From the human T2T-CHM13v2.0 reference genome, Homo sapiens, in NCBI RefSeq assembly GCF_009914755.1, contig NC_060928.1: a stretch of 64,000 nt of DNA, one strand, 5' to 3'. The notes beneath the pieces are model-generated. The model had not been told where the DNA came from and did not search any database. It saw only the letters and a list, made by a program, of their open reading frames with translations. Numbering within the stretch: the stretch's first letter is position 1; each line of letters starts with the position of its first letter. The position numbers were made by a program, and so were the translations under genes. Shown in pieces: positions 1 through 13,512 of this stretch.

Positions 1-29
1 TTTATGTCTTGTTGATTCAGATTTGTCCT

Positions 30-445
30 CGAACATTCCTATCTCAGAAAGACCTTCCTTGACCCCCCCACTTGAAAGCAGCTGTCCCTTGCCCTGTCAA
101 CTCTATCACATCTCTGTGCTTTATTTCTTCTAGGGCTAAGGGGATTCTACAATTTCTCACTATGTCTTCCTTTTGAGGTGAAAGGGAGTGCTGTTATCAT
201 TACAGAAGGATAACAGGTGTAAATTGGCAATGTGACCTGGGATAGTTGGACACCCTCTTCATAGCATTTATCACTTCATTGCATTTAGCATTCCAAGATA
301 ATGGACATTATTTTGTCCACTTATTTGTTTACTTGTAAGTTCCATGAAGCAGGAACTTTTCTTGTTCTAGGAATCCATCACCCAGAAGAGTTCTTGACAC
401 AAAATAAGTAGGTTCTTAATAAATATTGGTTGACTGAATGGATGA
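30..445 (+). mobile_element. L2 (LINE-2) 3' fragment, interrupted by MER81
   Basis: L2-like 'ctcagaaagaccttccttgacc' and typical 3' end 'taataaatattggttgactgaatggatga'; boundaries approximate. Confidence 0.6.
131..258. mobile_element. MER81-like hAT-Blackjack DNA transposon relic
   Basis: 'tagggc...gtgaaagggagtgctgttatcattacagaaggataacaggtgtaaatt...ggacaccct' resembles the MER81 consensus as I recall it. Confidence 0.5.
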
Positions 446-969
446 CCCAACCATGCCCCATATTCTGTGGTAGAACTGAGCATCCTTTGGTTGGCACTGG
501 TAAATTGAAATGCCATGAAGGCACATTTGCTCAGAGTGCTCTTTCCCTAAGCAGAGGGGAAAAAGGAGCCAACGTTTAATATTCAGATTTTGATTTGCAG
601 TGTTTTCCGTGAAGACATGAGTCTGGTAGATGGGTACTAGCAACATCAACTGTTTTGTTACTTGCAAGGAGACTGAGGTGCTGTGGTCTCCAAGATAGGC
701 CTGGTCTAAAGAGCAGACCAGTGGGATGTGAACGGTAATAGGCCAGTTGGATCTGGTGGTCGGTTAGTCCATAGGGAAACCTGTCTCCAAGCAATGGAAC
801 AGCTGAATCCGCATGACTTGGTCCATAGGCCAAAAAGGAGGAACAGCTTTTAAGTGGCCTGCTATGTAGGCCCATTCAATTCCCAAGGAGGCAGGAAGCC
901 AGTGGGATACAAAGGAAAAAACACCTTTCTGTGTCTGGGAAGTTGCTAGTCTGATCACGTGTATGTACA

Positions 970-972
<3 letters not shown>

Positions 973-1004
<32 letters not shown>

Positions 1005-1012
1005 CTCTCACA
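973..1012. repeat. (CA)14 followed by (CT)4 compound microsatellite
   Basis: Read directly from sequence. Confidence 0.95.
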
Positions 1013-2638
1013 TTATGAGAGTCCAAGGGCCCCAAGAGTCTGTTCTGATAGAGAAGTCTAACATAATTCTCTACCACCGTACCTAAAACCAGACCAATCT
1101 TTTAAATCAGGGGCCTGGGTTTTAGTGGCTTAGTAGCTCATTTTAAGTTTTCCTTCTCCTTCCAAACAGAGAGGTCTGTGTCCTGTGTTATGCTGATCTA
1201 TGGGAGAATTCCTGCAGGAGGAAGGGGCTGAAACATTGGCCTAAGGTTATTAAACAGAGCTTTCGTAATAAATATGTTGATACCATTTCTGAAAGATTTG
1301 CATATTTCTCTATCACATATTGTTCAATTTTATTAGAGGAAATCATTCTGGTATCCTGTTGGAATTGCTGAATTTTGGGGTATTATCTTAAGCTCCTTGA
1401 TTTTAATGCTGTGGGAACTGAGACTCAGATTGAATAACCTGCCTTCCTTGACATTAACTGAGATAAGCTCCTGTTTTCAGAAGTTAGAACCCTCTACTGA
1501 TAGTTGACTTTAGGCATGTGTTTTAAAAACGACAGTTGGATATGGTTGAGAGCTCAGTTGCTAAAGCTGTGAAGCAACTTGGGACACACGTTTAACCAAA
1601 TAAAATTATTTTCCCCAGCTCATGCTGTGCTGACAGCTTCCAAAAACTGTGTTCACCTTCATTCTCTCCTCATAAAAAGGGGCTACAGGTATTTTTAAAC
1701 CTGGGGTTTGAGGAAGAGAATGTTAATTATAAATCTAGATTAGTTGAATGTATTCAAGAATTTGCCAGACTGAATATGAATACTCTTGGAGTGTAAGTGA
1801 AACAAAAATGAGGCCTTTGGTGACCTATTATCTATCGATCTATATCTATCTATCTTTCATCCCAGATTGGTTTTAGAATGAGAAGAACAAAAGTTGCTTT
1901 TTCTCATTTCTTACTCTTACACAATGAAGTGGTTAACAAAATTGATACAGAGTGACAACTTTAATGATCATTCTGTTGCAAACAACTACAAGTCCAAACA
2001 AATATCAGCACAAAGAAAATCTCTATTCTGTGTAGCAACATGTTGGTCAGACTTTCGCCAATGAACCACCTATTTAAAAAGGACTTGATATTGACAAACA
2101 TCTCTGATCAGTCTTTGACGTTTATAGTAACAAGCTATAATGTTATCTCCTACCACCTTTCTGTTTAGGCCCCAATATGAAATGCCTATGAATGTTATAA
2201 TTTTGTATAACTCCAGGAGAAACATCCAACAATATTTTTCACCTTTTTTCCCAATAGTGAAAAAATCCAAATATAATAGTTATATTTATGGATTCTGCTC
2301 TTTGTTGAACACAGTGCTTTACAGACAACATATGGTGACAAGCCATCACTCTTCCTATTTTATGTAATGAGGAAACTTAAATACAGAGTCTTTAAGGACC
2401 TAGTCAGTCACACAAATACTGAGAAAATTCTATGCTAATAATCCTATCTGCAGGTCACATCGGCACCTTACTTTCAATAATCAACGCAGGGCCGATCAAT
2501 TGCATTATTCTACTACATACAACTTCTTGTTTTAGAATCAAAGAATGTCATGCCTATAAGCGACCAGAAATGCCTGGACTACCTATTCGAAAACTTTCAT
2601 CTTCATTCTTCTTAGAGACATTATGTCGTCATCACCTG

Positions 2639-2657
2639 CTGCCACTAGATGGTGCTT
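2639..2657 (+). promoter_or_regulatory. Candidate CTCF site
   Basis: CTGCCACTAGATGGTGCTT closely matches CTCF core CCASYAGRKGGCRS. Confidence 0.6.
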
Positions 2658-5540
2658 GTCATCGAAACAAAGGTCCTTCCTCCTTTCTGTTTTCTTTAGA
2701 TGCCTATTAGGACCTTGGATGATACGAAAGAAATTTGATTAATAAGCTAAGTACTGGGCTGGTATTCTAAGAAGTCCTTTAGTACAGAGAGTTGTTGATT
2801 AAAAAGTAAACAAATCATTATCAGTAAAGCTTACTTACACCATTTTTCTAATTCCATCAGTTTTTCTGCTCATTCTTCTTGTCACCAAGCTGTGTGAACC
2901 CCAAGACAAAAAGAACTAATAAATCTTTCTTTGTGCTTATGAGAATCAAGAGACATGGCACAAGTTTTAGGAGAGGTGAACAAAAATCTCAGGATTCATT
3001 GTTATCACCCGGAAAAGCAATCGAAAGTGATCACATGCAGAGTTTATAAGAAAAATTAATCAATGACCTTTCAAAGGAAAACACGTATATCTCAACTACT
3101 GGACACTAATCAATAGGAAAGGAAATAGAACACTCTTTTAATTGTGGGATAGCAAACATCAAGTAATGAAAATGATAACAGAGGTTGTCAACGCTTTGCC
3201 AAAGACTCTTTTTCTCATTAATTTAAGACACATACCAAATCTCACCTCTATAGTACTCTCATTGTCTCCCTGCCTCCCACCCTACAAACCAACTTTATGC
3301 TCCTTTTAGGGTAAATTCTTGCCAATCTTTGTACTGAAATGCCTTCAGGAGTTACCTATTTAACTTACGTGAAGGAAAGTTTGATATATTTTGCAGCAGA
3401 ATGCTTGAAAAATGTGTTTCTTGGACTTTTTCTTTCTTATTCACCAGCACTGAGTGTTCATGGCTGCTTCACGATTATAATGAGAAATTGCCAGCTATGT
3501 TGAAATACATAATCCACAGTGTGAAAAACTGCTGAACAGCAATGGCAAATTTTTAATACAAAAGTGACTTCCCTTTGCCTGTTAGCTTACTTTGCGGTTG
3601 CTGATTCTTGCTAACTGCCTGCTCAGGGAGTGAAAGTTAATTTTAACATTAGCCTAGAAACAGAACATAATCATTTAGGTGAAAACTTTAAAGCTAAATT
3701 TTTGTTTTATCTTTGGTTTTGAGTTTCCCATGAAAAATTCCCAGTGATATATCACTGCACTGGGTTATGTAGAATGTGTGAACATATATGTGAGCCAGAT
3801 GTGACAACAGACACATGACAGTACATTTTAATTTCAGACATCAGATTGGCGTGTTTCCTTGTGCCTTCTGAGCATTAACTAAGGATTTTAAAGATAGAAA
3901 CTTTTTAAAAGACACAGGCTCCATACCTGCTTTCCAAGCACTGGTGAGGCACCATGGATCTCTGGATCTCTTCCAGTTTTGAATACTAGAAAGAAAAGCC
4001 TCTGTCCTCAAATTATTTCCTCCCTACCCTCATTTTTTTTTTCTCTTGGAGGTCCTATAAGCTATAGCTTTGTATTGAAGAAATACTGGGGACCAGGAGC
4101 AGTTGGTATGTTAAATTATTTCTCTTGAGCTTTATGCATTTTGGTGGCTACTGTTGAAAACACAGTTTGGTCAGTGATGTCCACATACACATTACATATA
4201 ATATGTATTACTAGAAAATGATATACACTTGCATGATATACCATGTGGTTGCAATCCATTAAGTGACTACTCTCTAGCAGTACCCAGAACAATAGATGGT
4301 GTGTCTGTGCTGACAGTCTGTTCATATCTTAATGGTTTACTTATGATTCAATAGTTTACCAATGGCAATGGTGCTGGATCACTGATATATTATTTGCTTG
4401 GCAAAGAGTACTTGAACCTCATTATTAGACTTAGGAACAGAATAAATACAAATAATCACTTTGCTAAGGCTGTTTTCCTAACTCCCAAGGAAGACAGAAA
4501 GGCATCAGTGACATAAGTGAAGGACACAGTTGACAACCACGTTATCTTCAGACATCTTTTGTTAAAGGTGAACAATTACTTAATACTGTGTTATGGCAGC
4601 ACTCTATACGCCCCAAGTTTTATAAAGTAGAGTCAAGAGTGATCTGAGCTGGGAAACTCACGCAATTTTAGTTCTGCATGAAAGCACAGGCTCTCCCCAC
4701 TGGGGAACTCTTTTGAGTAGGACAAAAAGCTGGACCTAGGACCCAGCCCAGGGCGTGAGAGAAAAGGAACCTGGGAGGCAAGAGCGGCCGGTCCGGAGCC
4801 GGGTCCTCCGCCAGCTCCGGGCGGGCGCTGCGCACAGAGCCCAAGCCCCCGGCGGAGGCGGCGCGGCTCGAGGCCCCTCCCCGCCGCCGATGCCCGGGCG
4901 GCTGACGCCGAGCAGCGGCCCGGAGCGGTGGGGGCCGGGCTGGCGGGCACGAGCGAGGGCAGGGCAGGGGGCCGGCCGAGGCCACTTACGGCTTTAAATA
5001 TGGATCGCAGGCTCGCGCTCGCGGCACAGCCTCCGCCGCGGCCGCCTTCCGTGAGCCCCCGCACCCCGGCTTGCTCCCGAGGGGCGCCTGGGCTGGGCTC
5101 CACTGCTGCAGTGTTAGTTACTAGCAGGAACATCAGAGATCCCCATAAATATGCAGGAGCTGCAGGAGGCAAAGTAGAGTAGACGCCCGCGCTCTTACAC
5201 ACTCGCTCGCCGCGCACCACACAGGCTGTGTAGACATCCCCCCGCGCCACCTTTCCCCTTTCCTCGCGGGCCGTTCAGGTTGCAGTCCTGCCTGCTCCGA
5301 AGACCCTCCCGCCCCAGCGCCTTTGCCCCGCTCTCCCGCGCTCGCCTCTCTCCGGAGCGCGCACCCACCCAGGCGGCAAAGTTGTGACTACTTGGGCGCG
5401 GGTGACTGGCGCCCCGCTCGCTCCGCGCCCGGCGCAGACAACTTCCCGCGGCTCGGCCCCGCCGCGTCCCGGGCTCGCGCCTCCAGGGATTCCGCGGCCC
5501 CCCAGCCTCCAACCCCGGCGGCGCGCCGGGCAGCGCTTCG

Positions 5541-5659
5541 GTGGCGGCGGCGGCCGCGGTGGCAGCGAAGGCGGCGGCGGCGGCGGCAGTGGCAGTGGCC
5601 GCTGCAGCCCCACACTCCGCCGCCAAACTGGAGGAGCGACGGAAGCCAGACCCCAGGAG
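5541..5659 (+). other. SLC4A4: SLC4A4 exon 1 (5' UTR; start approximate)
   Basis: Strong donor GAG|GTGAGC at 5659/5660 inside the CpG island; joining to exon 2 gives ...CCCAGGAG|GATGGAGGAT, matching the NBCe1-B mRNA as I recall it. Confidence 0.8.
5570..5587 (+). repeat. (GGC)6 in 5' UTR, with (GGC)4 at 5543-5554
   Basis: Read directly from sequence. Confidence 0.95.
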
Positions 5660-8640
5660 GTGAGCGCCCGGCCCCGGCAGCTGCCGGGAGGGTCGATGGG
5701 GTCCCTCGCTCCAAGGCGGAGGCGGGCGCGGGCCCGGGGGCCGATTCCGTAGGGCGCGCAGGCGGCCTCAGCGCGCTCCTGGGAGGGAGAGAGAGGTCAA
5801 TTGCGGGCCGGGCATCCCCTGAGCTGGGCGCGGGCGGTGTGTGGAGGCTGCTTCCGCGGAAAAGTATTTTTTTTCCTTCTTAGGGTTTAGAGGAAGAGTT
5901 TGGGTGGTCTGCTTCTCCCTCACTGCTAAGTCCCCTGCGCGCAACTGGGCGTCTTTACGAGGACTGCGGGGCCAGTTCTGCGGCGGGCTGGGCTCGGGCT
6001 CAGTGACACGTGTGTTGCTGTGAGCCTGGGTGGTCGCCCTGTGACCAGGCACCTGCTTGAGAGGAACACATCCCTAAACCCATCACAGGGGGAGATTTGG
6101 GGACTCTTGGTGCTACCGAGGCCGCGGCCCCCACTTCACTGCCAGCTCCAGGACGGAGCATTTACATCTCTCCCTGGCACGCCAAAGGCGGGGGGTGAGT
6201 CAGGCAGATTCTCTGCAAGTGGCACACACACATTTATTTGCAATGGATTTGGCTAGGGGAGGCATAGGTTAAACTGGAATTTCTCTTGGCCAGCGACAAC
6301 GGAGCTCTCCCTCAGGTACTGGGCAGCATGTGAGTCTTGGCAAAGAGAGGTGATTTCTTTTTTCTTAAGTGCATTTTACTCAGCCGTTGCCAGTCCGTTA
6401 ATAAGTCACCAGAGGAAGGCAGGACCTGGGAACTACATCAGCAAACCGCAGCAAGCACCATAAAGACAAAAGTTCTTATAGAACAAAAAGAAAAACTTGA
6501 ACTTGACGTGAAAGATGGAGGAAGCAGTTCTACCTCTCTTCTATCACTTTTTTCAGCGCCCTGTAAAACTGTTTTTTTCTATCCTTCCTTCCCTCTCAAG
6601 GCCCTACCTTCTCAGCATAATTGATCGCAGCAAGCTCTTTCCAACTTGACACTGAAGAGCAGCGACCCCTTTGGCTTACCCTCCCCATTTCTTTTCCTGG
6701 TTCGCTTCAGTGCCCTGGAAAGTTGCTCCTAATGAGAAATCAAGAACACTGGGCTGTACTAAACGCTCATTGTCTCAAATCCTGCAGCAGTTCCTTTCCT
6801 AAGAGACACTGTGTTGTACTGTATTTCTCTTTTTTCTTGTATCTTGGGACTTGGAGTTGTAATACTACCTGAATTAAATTAATTAAAGTGTACATTGCTC
6901 ATTTGGGCTTTTTTTTTTCATTGTGATTTCAGTAGATTCGTCAATGCCATTAGAACAATATTCAGTAGCTTTTTATAGCCAATGTGATGTCTTTTGAAAA
7001 CGTTTCTGACTACAGCTCTCTTTCTTGTGTCTTTCATATTAGCATGTAAATAATTTACATGGTCATTTTAGTACTTAGACTGAAGATATTAGTATAACTT
7101 CATTCAAAGGAAGTGTGCCTGTTTATTTTTCTATAACTTTTATAGCTGAGAAAAAACTTTTACTTTCATTTTAAAGTTAAAAGTACTGATAGGATTCTGG
7201 TCTTTGTGGTAGATCTTGAAATTGAATGATTTGTTTTAACTGTATCCCACACTGTCAAGTAAGATGACAGAGAAACTCTCATATATGTAGATGGAGACAG
7301 GAAAGCAGTACCACTACATTATGAGCTGTTGAGGCAGAGAACATTTGTAGGAGTGGGGGTGACAAGGACAAGATGGGATATTTTGATAGTCCCAGCCATG
7401 TTAAAAAAACTGAAAACTAAGAAACCCCCAACATTTTGGATTTAAGTGTACTTCAGAATGAGGGTTTTGGTGCCATTTGCTCTTTTGGGGTCATTTCTGG
7501 AGACTTAAAAACATACATTAGACACCTTACCCAATGAGATTGACAGAATGTACTCTCAGTTTAGATTAATGTATTTCTTTTAGTTCACGTAGTCAATATT
7601 AAATAATTTTAGATGTTTGAATGTTAGTACTATGATTTCAGTCTTCTAAATGATTAAGAGACATTTTGGATTTACAAAAATGTTGTGTGAAAGAAATAAA
7701 GGCAATCAGATTTAGAGGAATAATGCGATAGAAATCGGGTAACCTTTGGGACAACTTCCAGTAGGCCCTGATGGTAATCTCATTTTTCGCTGAGTGCTGG
7801 CAGGTACAGTTTTGAGGTTCTGATCCCTTGTTCCGATAACAAGAGTGATATCTGGCCATAGCTTACATCTTAAAGGAAAAGACAACACTTAAAGAAATGC
7901 ACACTAGCTGGTGAATCATGTAAATAAACAGGATTCCTTGCCTGCCTCTGTGAGCGCTGTAGACCTCATATGAGGACTGCTATTGTTAGAGGAGAAGCGT
8001 CCTGAGAGACTCTGCTGGACTTAAGTGTGGCGAGATACATATCTGTTTCTTGGAGTTTCTTTGTGTTTATTTAAAATAATATGAATGAAATCTAAGACCA
8101 GAGTTGATAGATAAGATTGGGAGTGGAAAGAACAAACTGAGAAGAGGAAAATCTAATGATGATTAACATTTCTAAGTGTTTTTTTCTTGATTGCTAAATG
8201 AAGGAATCAGAATGCATGATTTGATGGGACAAAGGAAGCTATAAGCAGAACATGGATCTCAGTTGATGCTGTTTCCAAGGACAACCTGTGACTTATGAAA
8301 TTTATGTATTTTTAGGGAGTCATTTAGCAAAATGGATAAAGAACATCCAGGAAGCTAGTAAGACTTTACAAAACTGGATCTTACTACTTTTACATAATGT
8401 AGGAATCTTAGAGGAAAGGAGGAATAAAGTTTTATTTGAGGTCAGCTAAGTTGTATTCCAAATACATTTTGCCTTTCTCCCAATATATAAACTCTTGATA
8501 CGTTTGGGTCACAAAAATGGAAAATATGCTGCTGTTCTTCTGACATGAAGATGATCTTTTTATCCTCAGTAGTGCACAGCTTTGGTTATTTTTCCAGCAA
8601 TAGGGATGGAGTCTCCTTTACTCAGTTCTGTCTATGTATG

Positions 8641-8643
<3 letters not shown>

Positions 8644-8680
<37 letters not shown>
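8644..8680. repeat. (AC)18 microsatellite
   Basis: Read directly from sequence. Confidence 0.95.
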
Positions 8681-8685
<5 letters not shown>

Positions 8686-8832
8686 AACTCATTTGTAGAG
8701 GTGGCTGATTTAATTTTGTCGGAAGCCATATTAACTACTTTCGTAATACTTCTGTGGCAATGGCTTTTATTGCATTTGGTAGTCTCAGCAGTGCAATGAC
8801 ATTTCTAACAAGACATTGAAAATACAATGAGA

Positions 8833-9009
8833 GCCAGGTGCAGTGGTCCCAGATACTCTGGAGGCTGAGTTGGGAGGATCACTTAAGCATAGGAGTTCGA
8901 GGCTGTCATGTGCTCTAAAATTGTGCCCATAAAATTGCTATTAAATTGTGCCTGTGAATAGCTACTGCACCTCAGCCTGGGCAACATAGGGAGATCCTGT
9001 CTGTAAAAA
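8833..9009 (+). mobile_element. FAM (fossil Alu monomer)
   Basis: Alu monomer with diagnostic 'cctgtgaatagctactgcac'; small internal duplication of aaattgtgcc. Confidence 0.8.
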
Positions 9010-9140
9010 ATGAACAAGTGTATAAATGCTAATGGCTTTACTTGCTGTGGCAAAGGAGAGATAAAACTTTTTCTTCCAATCTTCCTAATGATGCCAATAA
9101 TTTTATTCCTTAATGATAATGTCTTACTTGATGCTGAATA

Positions 9141-9506
9141 TAGACGGTTCCAGACTTATGATGTTCCAGTTAAAATTTTTCAGAATTACAATGGTGTGAA
9201 AGCATTCACATTCAGTAGGATCTATACTTCGAGTACTGGTAACAACATTCTGTTTTTCACTTTCAGTACAGTATTCAATTAATTACATGAGCTATCCAAT
9301 AGTTTATTTGTAAAATAGGTTAGGCTTTGTGTTAGATGATTTTGCCTAGTAGGCGAATGTAAATATTCTGAACACATTTAAGGTAGGTTAGGCTAAGCTA
9401 TGATGTTTGGTAGGTTAGGTGTATTAGACACATTTTTGACTTGCAATATTTTCAATTTATGATGGGCTTATCAGGACATAACCCACCGTACATTTAGGAG
9501 CCTCTG
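9141..9506 (-). mobile_element. MER47A-like Tc1/mariner-Tigger MITE, full length
   Basis: ~366 bp, degenerate TIRs (tagacggttccagacttatg / catttaggagcctctg), TA on both flanks, internal 'ggtaggttaggctaagctatgatg'. Confidence 0.8.
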
Positions 9507-10939
9507 TACTGGAAAAAGATAGTGGTAGAAACAGTAATGTTGAAACTATGTGCCTCTGTAGTTGTTTGTGTAAACCAAAACATCATCTTGTTCTTCTTTC
9601 CTGAAAACTAAGTAAATATAAGGGATTGTTATGCTTATTGAGATGAAGAGGAAACTATGACAGAGAACTCTGTATGCTTTTCTTAAACTTAACTACAAAT
9701 TATTGGTGGAGGTAGGAATAAGTATTTTAATCTTTTGACTGGTGATACATGTTTGTCGAATGACTGTCAATGAATGGGTGAATGTCCTTTTAGTCACAGC
9801 AGAAGATACTAAAGCAGATAAAAGTTTATCCTGTTTTAAAGTGATGGTTTCCATTTTCTGTTGGTAATTCTGCTCAGTAGCAGTGCCCACTTGCCGCAAC
9901 TTTATTTCAGTTTCTGCAATCCAGGGAGTATTTCATGAGAGAAGAATTTTCAGTTTGGGTGTACCAGTTTTAGCTACCATCTTGAGAGCTAACTTTTGTT
10001 TTTCATGTAGAATGAACATAGAAAGAAATTAAGTGAAATTAGGATGTTAAAGGAAATAAATAACCACCAACTGATATTTTGGAGTTTTGTATTTTTACTT
10101 TGTGGATAGTTGTGTGGAAAAGGTATACTCCTTGACTTGAATTTAACTCGAATTTCTGTATTAGAAACCTTAAGAAAGTTGTAAATAAAACTCCTAGTAT
10201 GCTTTTTTGGGGATTAAAAAAATCAATATGAATAAAAATACAAAATGAGAAAGGAGTATGTTATGTTTAACACCGCTGTAATATTCTATGGGTGACACAA
10301 CTAGAAAAATCTCTTAATATATTGAAGACGTCTTCTTATTTAAGAGGAAATTGGTGATTTCTTTTTTTAAAGTATATTCACTGATTAATATTCTTCTTAA
10401 TACTATTTGCAAGTAAGTAAACTTGTGGGATATGGACTTCTATGTTAGTTAATTCTAGCTTTGGCCTGGAGATCTGATATTCACTGATAAGATCTAGTAA
10501 CAACTTCATCTATTTGGAACTCCTACATTTGTCATGTTCCCCAGCAAAAAAGTCTCTGAGCAGGCAAAATAGAGGGTAAAAAAGTAAATACATTAAAAAG
10601 AATTCACTTTACTCCTAGGACATCCCTCAGAGTCAGTTTACTTTTAATACCCATACTGTTCTATGATTGATTATAAAGTTTTTAATCCCATAGCAAACAG
10701 TAAACTACAAAGTAGAAGACGAAAATGGGCTTTATTGGCAAATACATAGAAAACATTGAAAAGTGCCTGAAAACAGCGTGGTAGTAAAGGAAGAGGTAGA
10801 CAGAAGTAAGAACTAAAGCAAACACAGTGGTTGAGGACTATTTAGATTTGGACTCTTATAGCATCACTTCATTACACCCCCTTCTCCCTCCCCCACTTTC
10901 TCAGCTCTTCCTTATTTTCCCCTCCCCTCTTCCTTCTGT

Positions 10940-12010
<1,071 letters not shown>

Positions 12011-12359
12011 AAGTTTTTATCCAGTATCTTTTCCCAAGTAACGAAGATTTTAATACTTGGGGAGTTCAGTTCTTTTATTTGTTTAGAAGACTCAGCTAAC
12101 CAGGCAAACTCATTCACCAATGCTTCCACCTGATAAGTAAACTCATGGGATAAAGAGATTACAAACATTTTGAACTTGTAAAGATGATAGTCTGGATCTT
12201 CGAAACTTTATCCCTAAAAAATAAAAAACCCAAACCAAAACAATATTAAATAACTTTAATACAGTACTCAGAAACATGCAGAACTTGTCCTCAATGCTTT
12301 ACATAAAAGTAGAGCATCTTGTAATGTTGTATTGCCCAATGACCAATGGAGATTTGTAT

Positions 12360-12560
12360 TTGGAAGGTATGAATTGAACATCTAGCTCTCTTACTTATTA
12401 GTTGTTTTGAGAATTTAAAAAACATCCGTGTCTTTTTTCATTATTAAAATAATTATAAAACCTCATTCACAGAGGAGTTATGAGGAACAGATAAAGTGAT
12501 CTTTATGAAATCTTGTTCAGCACTGTAAATGGCCATACATGTTAGTTATTATTATTGTTA
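12360..12560 (+). mobile_element. MIR fragment
   Basis: 'tctagctctcttacttattagttg...gttatgagga...gttagttatt' MIR-like. Confidence 0.5.
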
Positions 12561-13480
12561 TTGTATTCTTCAACATTCCTTATTCTTGAGTTGAATTATG
12601 CCAGCACTGAGAACAGTTCCTGGCATATTAATAAATGTTTGTTGGCTGAATGAATGAACACATTTAAGTATCTTTCTTAAACCGTTACTCTGAGTGACTC
12701 AAGCTGTGCTTTATATATTTTTTTTCTCTAGGACTTTTACTTTTTATTGCTGAAGCTGAGTTGGAACCAAGGTTCATCAAGCATCATATTGAAAAATTGA
12801 GTCTAAGAGCCAGCAGTTTGAGATCACCCATTTCTATATAGTTCATATTGAATTTATGCCTCCAAGTAACACACACGACTTGGAGAACCCTTGAAAATGA
12901 TTACACTGCTCTTCACTCCATGAGTGATCCCCAAAGCTTACACATTGAATATTTTTAGCTTCTATAATTAGAATGGCCACAAATTTCCAGATTTAAAATA
13001 TTACAGTGGGTTCTCCAGTGCTAATACTTTGGAAACCATGTTTTGTGTAAAATTGAACATTCAAGGATGAAGAATAGCTGAAAACTGGAGCTTTTATAGT
13101 ACCTTTTCAGCTTAATATAAATAAGGTGTTTCACAGATATGTTGATTATAATATGAAAGCAAACAACATACACCTTATATACATTTGTGTAAAGCAACAA
13201 TTCTTAACCCTTTGATAGGTCTGATTTTCAGCTTTGGCTTGATGTTGTGACTATTCAAAAAGTGGTTTGGAGGCATATCATTTTTATTTTTAAATTAAAT
13301 AGAATTAAAATGTGTATGATTTTTGTTTTGGGGAATTACATGATCTTCCTTTAAATAACAGTAGGTATCCCTTTGAAAAATCAGGCTTGCAGCAGAAGAA
13401 ACTTGGATTTCTATATAGAAATCTAGTTAGATTTTCTTACCCAAAGACTGATGTTCTTTTCCTTTTTTCCTGTATTTGAG

Positions 13481-13506
<26 letters not shown>
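13481..13506. repeat. T26 mononucleotide run
   Basis: Read directly from sequence. Confidence 0.95.

Positions 13507-13512
<6 letters not shown>

Larger units (their letters stand above)
4770..6130. promoter_or_regulatory. SLC4A4: CpG island / SLC4A4 (NBCe1-B/C) promoter
   Basis: Abrupt rise in GC and CpG density, GC-box-like motifs, spans exon 1; AT-rich TATA-like patches at ~4993 (TTTAAATA) and ~5145 (ATAAATA). Confidence 0.9.

Noticed and set aside
4633-6256. Many overlapping 80-205 aa ORFs on both strands in the CpG island
   Set aside because: Ala/Gly/Pro/Arg-rich products expected from stop-poor GC-rich DNA; most lack an ATG start; no recognisable protein
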